64,000 bases of DNA from Tubulanus polymorphus (taxonomy: Eukaryota; Animalia; Nemertea): contig NC_134027.1 of assembly GCF_964204645.1 (NCBI RefSeq), forward strand, positions 22,964,560 through 23,028,559, read 5' to 3'. Position 1 is the first letter of the stretch. Each line of letters begins with the position of its first letter. Positions 26,701 through 40,300 of the stretch are shown here, in pieces. Made by a program: the position numbers and the translations under genes. The notes beneath the pieces are model-generated. The model was not told the DNA's origin, searched no databases, and saw only the letters and a program-made list of their open reading frames with translations.

Positions 26701-29700
26701 TGTTGACACCATTGACAGGTTGACTGTTTTGATAAGCTGAACATCTATATTGTCTTCCATTTTTATCCTTATCAGTTGGTACTACTAGACTACTAGTAGA
26801 TGCCCGTGCACTGTGAGATCCGGGTTTATGATTTACTGTTGGATTGGGTGAAATATCTGTCCAAGTTGTCGTCCCAGAGCTGTACGCCCAGACAATTGTA
26901 GACACCGGGTTACTTGAGTCAGTTGTACACGTCAGAGTTTTTGATGTACCGTGAACAACTGGACCGTTTGGAATTTCAGTCAGTGTTATTGACTCTGGTG
27001 GAACTGAAGATATAACATTGAAAGTCATGATTGATACTTTTTATTGGATGGTCTAATGCAACGTCAGCTCGTGTAATATCGGCTTTTTGGCACAAGGAGG
27101 TAAAACTGTACGGACAATAAACTGATAACATTTTTCTTACTCCGCGATATTTCAAGGTCGTAGGCAGTACGACTGTGTATTGATAAGCCGGTTTTCGGTC
27201 TCTATTTTCGATTAGAAACTTGTCTAATAAGAGACCACAGAACCAGTGTAATTGAGATAGATTGGTTGCCTGTCGAACTCAGGGCAACTTGCATTTCCTG
27301 TCCGTTTGAAAAGACAAGGCATCCAGTCTATGTTCCTGATACCGATGTACCGAATCACGCATGCGCCACACCTCAGTAGGAAGTAAACACTGATGATATA
27401 CACTGACATACGCAATGGTCCGTCCGTCGGCACTGTTTTATACGACGGCGTCCTAGAGACATTAATCTATTTTTTATTTTCACTTTTCCGGCCATAATTA
27501 TCTGCGTGTTTAGAAAGGCGCAGAAAAGTCTCCCATGAATACGATTGCTGATCCAGGCCTTGACCGCAAAATTTCTAATGCACAAATTAAAACGGCAAAA
27601 ACAGGGATTTGAGAAAATTGTCAGCTTTTCCTGACAATTTTCTCAAATCCCTTTTCAACGCGCTAGAAGAGGGATTTCTCACCCACGTTTGGGTGCCCTC
27701 ACCAGAACAGGGTTCCATTCAGGCGCTCGCGCAAAAACAAGAAATTACGTTTTTTTTAATCTTAAGATAGGGATTGACACTATCTAATTTGATCGGTAGA
27801 TTTCGTAAGATTTTTTTTTGTTTTGATTTAGTGTCCCTACAAACCTACCACATCAGCCGGGAGCAAATCAGGGGTTTCGGAAATCGAAGGACATTTACAG
27901 TTGTTGGATCGGCGGTTGAATATACGGAATATTTTGTTTGAATTGAAGTATATCTGACTCCCCGTAACCTTGATTCAAAATTATATGTTTTCTTGATTTA
28001 CTTTAGCTATTCAATTTTTCTAACACGCAGAGAAATCCGGCGGACTTTTCTGCACCTTTCTAAACGCGCAGATAATTATGGCCGGAAAAGTGAAAATAAA
28101 TTAATGTCCCTAGGACGCCGTCGTATTTTTAAGTCAGAATTGATTTATTTTTATAGACAAGATTACATCCAGATTCCATGAACTATGTAGACTCGACCAG
28201 AGCGGGAAGGCTGTAACTGTGTACAGAATTTATTCTAACTGCGCATGTCAGTTCTTCTATCGAAACATACAATGAGGAATAGAGTCCGAACCCCGTAATC
28301 GTGCATAGATTCGCCCCTCTTAGTTGCAGAGTACGTATTTCTTAATACGTCGTTGCGGGGATGATTAACGTGAACATTATATGCCCCGTTAGTGAGGAGG
28401 AAGGTCATAAAAAACTACTGTATTCCTATAACCTCAAAAATCGTACATTCAAAAGTCCTGAGTGAAGGGCATGAATTTTGCGAGAAAATTTAAGAAAAGT
28501 GTACAATTTCCTACGACAAGCGACCTTGATAATATCGCAAAGCAGGAAAAATACGGTAAACATAACATACGTACACTATCGTCCCCTTGTGTAAAACAGC
28601 CGACATTACACGATTTGACGTAACATTTAGCTGATGTTTTAACGGTAGACTATAGTATTTATCAATGTAAAGGCTAATCAATGAAACACTGATTCAGTAA
28701 AACCAGGGAGGTGGCCAACTCCCTGGTTTTACACTCAATCTGTTGACTATAATTGTTTACTAATACATAATCGGCGCGTTTCTTCACTTAAGCATAATTT
28801 GTTTTCAATATTGTCTAAATCTAGGTATGTTGGACTGGAAGATAATTTGTTTCAATGAAGTGACATTTATTGTAAATACAGCGCATTTGTTGGTTTTCCG
28901 ACTCAAATCGATGAATGTATAACCGTTAAACACATCACAAGCGCTATTCTACACTTACACAATACAGACAATGTCGTGGAGTTGGTGACACCATTAACAG
29001 GATGACTGTTTTGATAAGCTGTACATCTATATTGTCTTCCATTCTTATCCTTATCAGTTGATACTACTAGACTACTTGTAGATGTCTGTCCACTGTGAGA
29101 TCCGGGTTTATGATTTACTGCTGGGTTGGGTGAAATATCTGTCCATGTTGTCGTCCCAGATCTGTACGCCCAAACAATTGTAGACACCGGGTTACTGGAG
29201 TCAGTTGTACACGTCAGAGTTTTTGATGTACCTTGAACAACTGGACCGTTTGGAATATCAGTCAGTGTAATTGATTCTGGTGGAACTATAAATAAATATT
29301 CAAATTCACGCTCCTTCATTAGCCATTCAGGGAAAGCGCATTTATATGAACAACAATCTACAACACTTCATTTGATATCTGTAATATAGTGTTTCATACT
29401 TACAGTTAACGGTAATTGTTGTATCTTTGTAAAGATTTCCAGTTTGACATCTGTATTGAGCCTGATTCATAGTTTTAGTTGCAGTAATAAATAATGTACT
29501 AGTAGCCACAGACCCGTGATAGGCTGCACTAGTTTGATTCGTAGCTGGTTGAGAGACAAGTGGTGTCCATGATGCAGAGGAATATTTGAACCACTGAATC
29601 TGTACAGCCGGGTTTGACGAGTCAGTTTTACACTCCATCTGTTGATTATTGTTAAATAATACACGATCTGCCGGTTTCTTCACCATTGTCAGTGATGTTG

Positions 29701-32700
29701 CTTGAACTAGAAATAATTTGTTTCAATATTGTCAAATCCGAGGATGTTGACGAAACAAAACCACGTCAAAAATAGAACCACATTAACTTCACGAGGTTAC
29801 GAGTAATTTGTAAACAATGTATAGTACTTACAGTTGACAGTTAATACGAATTTATTAGAAATCATTGGTGTTGATATACCAGCCCCTGTAGCTGTACATT
29901 GATATTCTGCCTGGTTATCTGTTTTAGTGACGGATGTTGAATATGTTAGAGGACTAACTCCCTGTTTTACAGTGCTGCCCCCTGGTGTTCTAGATATGAG
30001 CAGGTTCGGTACCGGGTTACCCCCTGTAGCTGTACACGTGAAGTCAACGGAAGTGGAATCCCGAACTGTTGACGTCGGTCCTTGTAATGCAACACTGCTT
30101 GGCGGGTCTGGAATGGACGAGAAAAATATTTTGCTAGCGGAAAAAAACTGAAGAATTGAAGCCGAAACGACATGATTCAAAATCGAATGAATTTCATATA
30201 AATTCTCAATTCACTCTCATTAATGAGCCTCTACGTGTAGTTTAGAAACAGGTTTCCTTTGGTAATTAATCCGGTGCGAAATATTTTCGAATGATCTGAA
30301 ATGATATATTTTAGAACTAATGTATTTTAAACTTACAGTAAACGGTAATCGTTGTATCTTTGTAAAGATTTCCAGTTTGACATCTGTATCGAGCTTGATT
30401 CATGGTTTTAGTCGCAGTAATAGATAATGTGCTAGTAGCCACAAACCCGTGATTGGCTGCACTAGTTCGACTCGTAGCTGGTTGAGAGACAAGTGGTGTC
30501 CATGTTGTAGAGGAATATGTGAACCACTGAATCTGTACAGCCGGGTTTGACGAGTCAGTTCTACACTCTATCTGTTGATTATCGTTTACTAATACATAAT
30601 CTGCCGGTTTCTTCATCATCGTCAGCGTTGTTGCTTGAACTAGAAATCATTTGTTCTCGATATTGTCAAAATCCGTGTGTGTTGACGAAACAAAATTATG
30701 TCAAAAACAGAACCGCAGTTACTTCATGGGAATAACGAGTAATTTGTAAAATATCTGCAGTACTTACAGTAGACAGTTAATCTAACTTTATTTGAAATCA
30801 TTGGTGTTGGTATACCAGCCCCAGTAGCTGTACATTGATATTCTGCCTGGTTATCTGTTTTATTGGCGGATGTTGAATATGTTAGAGGGCTTATTCCCTG
30901 TTTGACAGTGCTGCCACCTGGTGTTCTAGTTATGGCGAGGTTCGGTACCGGGTTACCCCCAGTAGCTGTACACGTTAAGTCAACGGATACGGATTCCTGA
31001 ACGGGTGACTTCGGTCCTTGTAATGTAACATTACCTGGCGGGTCTGAAATTAAAAGTGTTAAAAAGCGATTATCTTGATCGATGAGTTATATGTACAACA
31101 GCAACAGTTTATTCTGTACAATTTCATATTTAAGATTACCGGCCCAGATTCTTTTGAAATGCATTAAAAACTCATATTTATTCCAAGCATAAGCTTTTGC
31201 ATGAAGCTTTTTACGGAGTTATTTCTCTCATTCAAATAGATATAAAATATGAAGTATCGAGTCAAATCCAACAATGCATTCGCATGAATAAATTTCTCGT
31301 ACGTTATTGATGATGTTTTAATTGTTCCGGTTTGCTGGTAAACTGCCGCATATTTTTCAAAGCCGCGTCTCACCCGATCACAATCGTGACGAATAGACTT
31401 CATGTAGAGAAAATATGGTGAATATCGATTGATGGGAAGATTCATTTGAATGAAATATGTATATCTGTTATAATTAATGGGACATAAGGGGTCTAGAACA
31501 CACCCGAATGAATATGGTAAGATACGCCTCAGAAGAGTCCGCGGTAAAAGGGTAAACGCGTTTAGATTCATATTTTGTGGTAATCTGACGATATCTTCTT
31601 GCCTACTTCATTATTCTAGATAATTGCTTTATCGCGATGTGACAAAATGTCATTTGATGAGGATAGAATCTGAAACTTTAACATAATTCAGCCTCATAAA
31701 TGCACTTAATAATAAACTCCGTTAAGGAGTCGCGTGCGTTTTCCTCAGCATTCGACGCAGATATAGGTAGGTAAGGTACCTATAAATATTTCGTTTCTTT
31801 ATCGAAATCGATGAATCACAGATTTGAACAACGAACTCCTTTGAATCCATTGACTGGGTTATTTCCAACAAATTTCTGTTACAAATTGCCTAATATGAAT
31901 ACTAGGTAAATCACGTGTGTTCATCTATCTTAACGTAATACTTACATAGTACTTTGATAGTAATACTACCAGTAACTGATCCTGCTACATTCGATACTGT
32001 ACATGTATAAACATTTGAATCAGTTTTACTGATTCGTGTAAAACTGAGTTTATTATTAGACTGTCCTGATAGATTGACACCACTCCATTTATACGTCAGT
32101 CCTGTAGCTCCAGGCTGTGAACCGTCACATGTGATTGTTAATTGTGAATTCTCCTGTACTGTGACGACGTTGTTGGTGGCGGTGTTTGGTTGAGATGTTA
32201 GGACTGGTCCATTCGGGGGTGCTGTAAATATGAAACTATATTGAAAACCACGGGGGTTTCGGTGGTTCATTTTCAATGCGTCTGCTACATTATAGATTTT
32301 GGTAATTTAAAAGAAGCCATCCATTTCAGAATTAATAAATCAACATGAATCAGTTGTAGATCACAAAATATCCGTGATAAAACGATAAGAGTAAAATCCC
32401 GCAATAAATGAATTGATAGCTAAAAAGTTTACTTCGAATGTAAGAAATATTAACCTCCTTCAGTCTAAAATGACTTGCAAAATAAAACACAGCGCATGTA
32501 CATAAATACATTGTATATGCATGAAATAAGATACGAATTACTGCACATTAAGTAATGGGGACAGGAGTACTGACATATTTTGAAAAATAGATGTAATGGG
32601 GGCTGAAACCTTTATTAAGGTTGACAGAGCGGTCGGAATGAGTACAAATCAAAAGCGGATTCTTACTATGTGGTGTCTATAGTGAGATTGCTGTTTGGAA

Positions 32701-35700
32701 AAGCAATATTGGCTCCAGGAAATTCAAAAGTATGCCCGATTTGCAAAGAATAGAGACTACCCCACCTATCTAATTTCACCCTATTTAAAGCATCCCGTTT
32801 ATGTTCATTGATTCTTCCCTGTTTCCCCAATATAAAAAGGTTACAATCAGGACAGTGAAAACAAAACAGAGAAAGATACTTTATTAGTATTAGCTTTGTG
32901 AAGTGCTTTCTCTAAAACTTTGTCCGGGTATGCAATTTTTTTCAAAAAAAGGTTGATTATGTTACTAAAATGTCAGCGTTGTGCACAAATAAAGTGAAAT
33001 TGACCATGATTCTGGGGCATTTTCCTGGGGCCATAGCCCCTTAATGCCCCAACTAAAAATGCACTTTAATTACCCGATAATTCATTTGGAAATACTGAAA
33101 TTTGCCATCAAACCTTTTGTACGCTAAAATGGAATTGAAACCCACCTTTGAGCTCTCCTTCCATCTAAAATATCATTGCCTAAAAAGTTTTTATCAGAAA
33201 TCCTTAGAAGCTCCAAGGGAAAGACCCTGAACAACCACCACTTTAAGGTAAGCTTGAGTAAATGGAAAGAAATTCAGGTAAGATTCACAGCTAGTAGGTT
33301 TACGAAAAACAGAGAAACCTATAATCCCGAATTAAGATTTTGTATGAGAACATCAAAAAATGGGTTTTTTTTCATCGAATTCCCACTCGAAGGTAAACTT
33401 CTAGGAAGGATAAATAAAGGGAATTAAGAAATGTCAAAAGATGTCAAGGATGAGATCAGTTGACACTAAACATAAAGTATAATCGACGTAACTGCGCCAT
33501 AGAAGAGGCGCGAATATAGGGTAAAATTTCAGATTCAATGTGTTCTATGAAAAGGTTAGCTAGAGTAGGCGATAGATGCCCGTAGCGAAATCATATTGCG
33601 CAAAGAAAATGCCATCATATTGAAAATAGGCTCTTCTAGCGCATAATTCTAAAAGATCAACGAGACAGTTAACTGAGGCAGGATAATTCAAATTACAGGA
33701 CGGGAGTGTACGTTTGATAAAATCTGAAGTGAGTTCCAGAGGGATGTTAGTGATATCTCTATCACTAACAACATTGACTACATCAAACGAAATGAACTTG
33801 TTGCCATTAAGGGTAACATGACGTCTTGTAGTAAATCCATATCTTGTTTGTTATGAGAACCAGAGAACGAACCAAGAAAGGAGAAAGCGTTTTTTCAATC
33901 GAGGATCCAGAAAGATGTCATGAGGGAGAGCCCCTTCTTGAGATGACAAGATGCGTAAAGGGACATTACTTTTTACGAATCTTAGGGGGGCTGTAAGGAT
34001 AAGTCGGTAAGCTGGGTAATCGGCTGGTCAATTTCATTATAAATGTATCATCAGTAGGATGTTTACGTATACTGTGTATTTATTTGGGCAGTCATTTTAG
34101 ACTGAAGAAGGGTGGCAGCAACCACCCGAAATGTTTCTAATATTTCAAATATTAAGTTATCATTCGTAACTCGCAGTCAGTGAATTGTTCAAACCCAGAT
34201 CACATGGTGAATACAATTTCATAGTCACTCTTCGTTACTGAACGCGATAAGAGAAATGATATATTATTCAATTCTTACCCACTACAGTTATTTCCTTTTT
34301 ACTATTTGCATTAGTTGAGAACATGTTCATGTAGTCGCATGACCATGATGAGAGAAATGAGATATAATTCAATTGCTAATTATTCTTACCTACTACAGTA
34401 ACTACTTTTCTACTTTCTGAAAACATGTTCATGTATTGACATGCCCATCCTCCAGCATCAGACATCTGTACATTAGTTATACGTAAACCGTAACGTCCAG
34501 CTGTGACGTCACACTGTCCAGTGTACCGAGGTTCAGTAATAGCTCCACGAGGACAGTTTGTCTTATCAAACGAATAATGTACAGTAGGGGTACTGAATGT
34601 CATACTGTAACCGCAGAAATCTTTACTGGGTGGTGAAACCTGACACTGTACGTCGGTGGTGCCACCTAGTTTTACAACTGCTGGTGTTACAACTGTCGTG
34701 ATTGTCGTGTCCGCTGCATCTATACAATTCTGCTGCTGTCCTAGAATTATTCAATCACCTTAAAACATTTAAAATCGTTCATGTCATCGTGTTCGTATTA
34801 ATCTAGTCTTTTACAAGTAATTTGTACTACATTTGGCCGGGACATACGAAAATCAACGCTATACCGCGAGGTTCGTATTAAGCCATTTCGTATTAACGAG
34901 GTTCCAATGTATATGTACCAAACGATGATCTCTAGCGAGAGTCCGAAACTTGGTGCATTTTCATCTTGATTCTTGAAAAATTAATATTCGATTTTAAAGT
35001 TTTAATTTGTGTATTTACGTAGTGCGTCTCAAACTCATTAAAGACTGAAAAACAATAGCTAAATACTAAGTAAGCGACGAACTAAGGGTAATGATACAAG
35101 TAGAAGAAAATTAACAACCATTGGTGAAACAATATCTGATTGGTTTAAACGATATTTAGAACATCTTTCACTCATATAACGGTAGATCAAGTCTGAAAAG
35201 TTTCTTTTAAGCTATGAATTTATTCGTCCAACGTTTCGACTATACCCCAATAGGAATCCCCATCTTCAGGAATAACGAGTGAAAAAAAATATGACACATA
35301 ATGCCATCGAGAACAAAGGAACCGTGTTTCTCATCACCGCGCACGTCCGAAGAATCAGTGACGAAAATCTGGTAAAAATAGCGCTCGAATAATTTAATAA
35401 TTTCTGTTGGTTTCTTTTCAATGCAAAAAAATGGAATACCCCCTGCTCAATAGAATCCTTGTTTATTATTATTTCTTTTTCGTACTTGGAATTATGTAAT
35501 GTGCATTATCAGCAATGGATCAGGTTATTGATGCGATGTAGATAGATCGGGATTTAAAACTGTCATTTGCCCTGACATTGGAGATTTCGGTAAGCACAAT
35601 CCAAAAGTAAAGACTCGGTTCCCTCATGCCATCTTCAGTGCATTTTCTACCTAAATCAAAATAAGGAAGTTGACTCCCTCAGGCTCCTCTTCAATCCCCC

Positions 35701-36411
35701 TTTCATTACAAGGACTAAGTAGAAATGTATGCCCCCCGCGTCACTTTGGAGAAGCCAGTGCACAATGAGAAACACGGTATGTATTTTGAATGGCGTTATG
35801 TGGTAGTATTTACCTGCTGTAGATCTCACGCAGAGAAGAACAATCACAAACACACACCAGACTACCGGTACATTCTGAATATATATTAGAACAATAAATT
35901 ACATGTGTTTGTCATAAATAAAGTTTTCATTTCTAAATCAATTTAATCGACGTCTTGTTCGTGGACTTAAAACGATTTAACTATTTATAACCATACGTAC
36001 ATATATTTGTAATCGCAAACAGCAATCTATGTAAGATCTATTGACGAATAAGCCACCATAATTGATTTACGTATCTAAACTCGAAATTTTTTGGATCATT
36101 TCATTAATGGCCTTTGCTTTGATGTTGGAGAGCCTAAACAATTCTAAAGCCGTGCTTAAATAAAGTCAAGTCGTGTAAAAATTAATTTGAGTAACTTATG
36201 AATCTGAATATGTAGGCCTATAACCTTTTTTTATTCAACAAATCCATGTACGCAACTAACATATTTTTGGAACTAACACAATTTTCTTGCAGTTGTGAAG
36301 TGACTGTGGTGGCTATAAGTAAGAAGCCAGTGGCCTATACGCGTGTTTTATCACGATTTTACTGCATTATATAGGCCTACATGTACTCACTTGGATGCGT
36401 TGAGTGTTCAT
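20579..36411 (-). CDS. IgSF receptor copy C, apparently intact: SP + V-Ig + 8 Ig + FN3 + spacer + TM + long multi-tyrosine tail
   Basis: Exons (minus strand): 36411-36391 MNTQRIQ; 35874-35814 signal NVPVVWCVFVIVLLCVRSTA; V 34740-34390; Ig 32221-31946, 31043-30768, 30639-30337, 30107-29832, 29706-29404, 29285-28959, 27003-26677, 25922-25650; FN3 25312-25007; spacer 24519-24241; TM 24041-23903; tail 23794-23733, 23647-23570, 23146-23120, 22781-22755, 22339-22286, 21629-21558, 21372-21268, 20934-20579. Splice phases are all compatible and I found no stop. Confidence 0.9.
27441..28125. mobile_element. MITE/non-autonomous DNA transposon with long TIRs
   Basis: TIR tacgacggcgtcctag.gacattaat..ttttcacttttccggccataattatctgcg at both ends; absent from the corresponding site in A (about 4860). 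Confidence 0.8.
32330..34150 (-). mobile_element. Same Penelope-like remnant in the V-Ig2 intron of C
   Basis: Reverse complement of about 39280-41060; hammerhead-like ctgaaga-agggtggcagcaaccaccc-gaaa at 34102-34131. Confidence 0.7.
34390..34740 (-). CDS. N-terminal V-type Ig exon of copy C
   Basis: 351-nt phase-1 exon, QQQNCIDAADTT..VQCQVSPP..YGLRITNVQMSDAGGWAC..VTVV, matching the V-set E-F strand pattern L-x-I-x-N-V-x-x-x-D-x-G-x-(W)-x-C. Confidence 0.85.
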
Positions 36412-37080
36412 TTTTTTCCAAATTTCCTGATGATCAACATATCGATTATTTTGAAAGAAGAAGTTATAGCAAAGTTTTCAAGTATAAACACTCGCTTCCT
36501 TTCAACGTCGCAATCAAACACGTATGTCAAAACTAAGCCTAACGATTGTGAGGTAATAGAATCACGTAGACGAACACAAACCGGTAATCCAAATTTAGAA
36601 AACGTCTAATCAAAGAGAAACTTCGAAACTGAAAACGTCTGGTCGATTTTCACTTCCTGGTCGCATTATACACACTAGATTTATATCTACACATACCAAC
36701 ATACAATGTAGACCTACCCGCGGCGTATGTGCCTAGTTGACAGCAGTACCAGTTACTTGACGACATTCTTCTGATTTATAATGCCTACACTCTATGCATA
36801 AACAGCTATCATAGTCATATATTCTTGAAGGTTATTGATTAAGTAGCTTTGTTCATTGTGGGAAAACCCACGCAGTATAGGTCTTGTATTTTCGTGTAAA
36901 CATCGGCATTCAACACTGAATATCGATGATGAACACGATTCTTGTCGGTATCATTCGCTATATTTACCTAACTTCCTGGTCGGAATAGAAATACGTCTTT
37001 TTAAAATATTCATTCGACAGAAATTCTAAGCGCTCTTCATCCTGTCAATACGTAGATCAGCAATTTGCTTGAATGTTGTA
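36412..37080. promoter_or_regulatory. Putative bidirectional promoter region between head-to-head genes C and D
   Basis: Start codons diverge at 36411 (-) and 37351 (+). ACTTCCTGGT (ETS-like core) occurs at about 36652 and 36971; the same motif is at about 12522 and a variant (ACTTCTTGGT) at about 62436 in paralog 5' blocks. Confidence 0.5.
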
Positions 37081-37350
37081 AGTTAATCGTTTTACTATGA
37101 AGTCTAAATTAAAAAAAAAATCTTCCTTTCGCTTTGCTCTTGTTTTTTATTTACGTAACGAAGGTCACAAAACTCAATTGCTTAAGGTCAGAAAAACATT
37201 TTATTTTTTTTTCAGTGTTATCACATTCGATTTTAGTTACAGTTTCTTTATTTGTTATGATATTTGTCTAAAGTATGTGTTATGTTATGATATTTGTATA
37301 CTATTTTCTTATTGAAGGTATTCTGTTGTTCTTTGAAAAGCATATAGAGC

Positions 37351-40300
37351 ATGTATGGAAAGGTAAGGACGAGAGCTACCACGTATTTCATCCAAATTCA
37401 TTTTTGTAGATTAAATCTATGCAGTTCCATTGATTAACTGAACCTTGTGACTGATAAGTGCGTGGTAAATCATTATCTATCGAGATCCAAACGAAAACCG
37501 ATTTCGAAGCCGATATCACACGTGACAAATTAGTAATGCACACATTAATTTTCGGTCCCGGTTTGACAGTGTTATTTATCAACAAAATTTTTTGATTAAC
37601 AAATTCACATCTAGCGCAGACAGACACCCCTGATATTCTAACATCGAGCAGATTGTGAAATCACGCTGCTTCAGTACATTATCTTCATTACAGAAGTGTT
37701 TGGTAGGGATTGTGGTATCATTTCTAATGTGGACAGGAATAAACGGTAATATACAGTACAGATTTCTACTTGCAAAGCCGACCACAAGTGACATGATTAA
37801 TTCATTTTGCATTGTGAATGTAACAAAAATCATTAGAAGACATGCAATCATCGGCTTTTCATGATATTTGACATCAGGATAAAAGTTCCTTAATCCATTA
37901 GTAAGAACGCCCTAATCTGTGTACGCTGTAGATGATTGAAGAAATCCCGCAATTCGAATTTGAATGAAAAATTTATTTCTTTATCGTAAAAAAATTGAAT
38001 TGTGGGATTTCTTCAATTAATTCCTTAATCCACTTAGTATCCATAATGACAAAATATTTAATGCACCACAGGCGATCCTGTCCTTTTTCAAAACAAATTT
38101 GACTATGGGAAGTTTTGTACATCCTCTACCCGACCACCATTACGATTTCCACAAATTTCCACTCGGACTCACTTCAGCATATCAAGGCTTGACAACTAAT
38201 AGATTGACGCAGTTTATACTCAAAACAGATGACCTGATACGCTTCGTAATTCAAATACATATTCTTACAACGATTACTCGGACGCAATTTCATAAACGTT
38301 TTTCCTGATAAAAGTTTATACCAAAGAAATGCACTGTTAATGATATCTTGAGCAAATACAATCTGTGAGCAACGTTGCTAGAATGTTTTGACATCATATG
38401 AATGATTTCATGCGAAATATGTAATGAATAAATCATGTTTCTAAAATCATGTTGATTCAGTTTATAATCAGCCTTGCGTAAGTAGAAATCTGACTAATTC
38501 CACGTTTTTGTCACGAATTAATAATTATTTGTGGATAGTTTCTCAACACCCTCCTCTGCATTTATAGAATTAGGCTTCGTATATTGGCTTCAACTCGAGT
38601 TATGATGGACCAGTTGATATCTGTCTAAAATCGACTATAAACAAACTTTCATTTCCATTGAAAATTTCAGGTCAGCAACAGAACTGTATCGACGCAGCGG
38701 ATACGACAATCACGACAGTTGTAACACCGGCAGTTGTAATACTAGGTGGCGCCACTGTCGTACAATGTCAGGTTTCACCACCCGGTAAACATTTCTGCGG
38801 TCTCAAAATAACAATGTCTGGCCAATCGGGACAGTTTGCATTTGACGAGATTAACTGTCCTAGGGGAACTATCACTGGGTACACTGGACAATGTGACGTC
38901 ACAGCTGGGCGATATGGTATACGTATCACTAATGTACGGATGGTTGATTCTGGAATGTGGTGGTGTGATTACATGAACTCTTTTCCAAATAGTAACACAA
39001 TAATTATGTAAGAGGTAACAATGATAAAAAGTTCTTTCTCTTATCGTGTTCAGTGATGAAGAGTAACTGTGAAATCGCATTCACCATGTGATCTGGGTTT
39101 GAACAATTCACTGACTGCGAGTTAAAAAATGTGACGAATAATAACGTTAAAGCTTTATTAATCAAATTAACGTGAGTAAAACGTGTAACATTTTACACGT
39201 ACTCTTATCATTTGTAGCATGTTGATTTATAAAAGTAAGATCCCGCGATAAAAGAATTGATTGCTAACTTGTTTAATATTTGAAATATAAGAAACATTTC
39301 GGGTGGTTGCTGCCACCCTTCTTCAGTCTAAAATGACTGCTCAAATAAATACACAGTATATGTAAACATCCTACTGATGATAAATTTATTATGAAATTGA
39401 CCAGCCGATTACCCAGCTTACCGACTTATCCTTACGCCCCCCCCCCCCCCTAAGATTCGTAAAAGTAATGTCACTTAACGTATCTTATCATCTCAAGAAG
39501 GGGCTCTCCCTATTGATATCTTTCTGGATCCTCGATTGAAAAAACGCTTTCTCCTTTGTTGGTTCGTTCTGTTGTTCTCATGTCATACACGAAATGGATT
39601 TACTACAAGACGTCACGTTACCCGCAATGGAAACAAGTTCATTTCGTTTGATGCAGTCTCTCTATTCACAGCATAGATCTCTCTGCAACTCTCTTCAGAT
39701 TTTATTAAACGTAAACTCCCGTCCTGTAATTTGAATTATCCTGCCTCAGTTAACTGTCTCGTTGATCTTTTAGAATTATGCGCTAGAAGAGCCTTTTTTC
39801 AATTTGATGGCATTTTCTTTGCGCAATATGATTTCGCTACGGGCCTCTATCGCCTATTCTTGACTAGCTAACCTTTTCTTAGAACACATTGAATCTGAAA
39901 TTTTACCCTATATACGCGCCTCTTCTATGGCGCAGTTATGTCGATTATATTTTATGTTTAGTGTCAACTGATCTCATCCTTGACATCTTTTAACATTTCT
40001 TGATTCCCTTTATTTATCCTTCCTAGAAGTTAACCTTCGAGTGGGAGTTCGATGGAAAAAACCCTTTTTTGGATGTTCTCATACAAAATCTTAATTCGAG
40101 ATTAGGTTTCTCTGTTTTTCGTAAAGTTACTAGCTGTGAATCCTACCTGAATTTCTTTAACTTACCTTAAAGCGGTGGTTGTTCAGGGTCTTTCCCTTGG
40201 GCCTTGGATTTGTGATAAAAACTTTTTAGGCCATGAGATTTTACATAGTATGGGAGCTCAAAGGTAGGTTTCAATTCCATTTTAGCGTACAAAAGTTTTG

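Noticed and set aside
20579-36411. Naming the genes nephrin, hemicentin or Alr
   Set aside because: Only the domain architecture is similar. Orthology cannot be shown without searches, so no gene symbol is given.
34279-39014. RAG-type V(D)J rearrangement of the V exon and the orphan segment
   Set aside because: I saw no heptamer-spacer-nonamer signals flanking these segments, and each V exon already includes its G strand.
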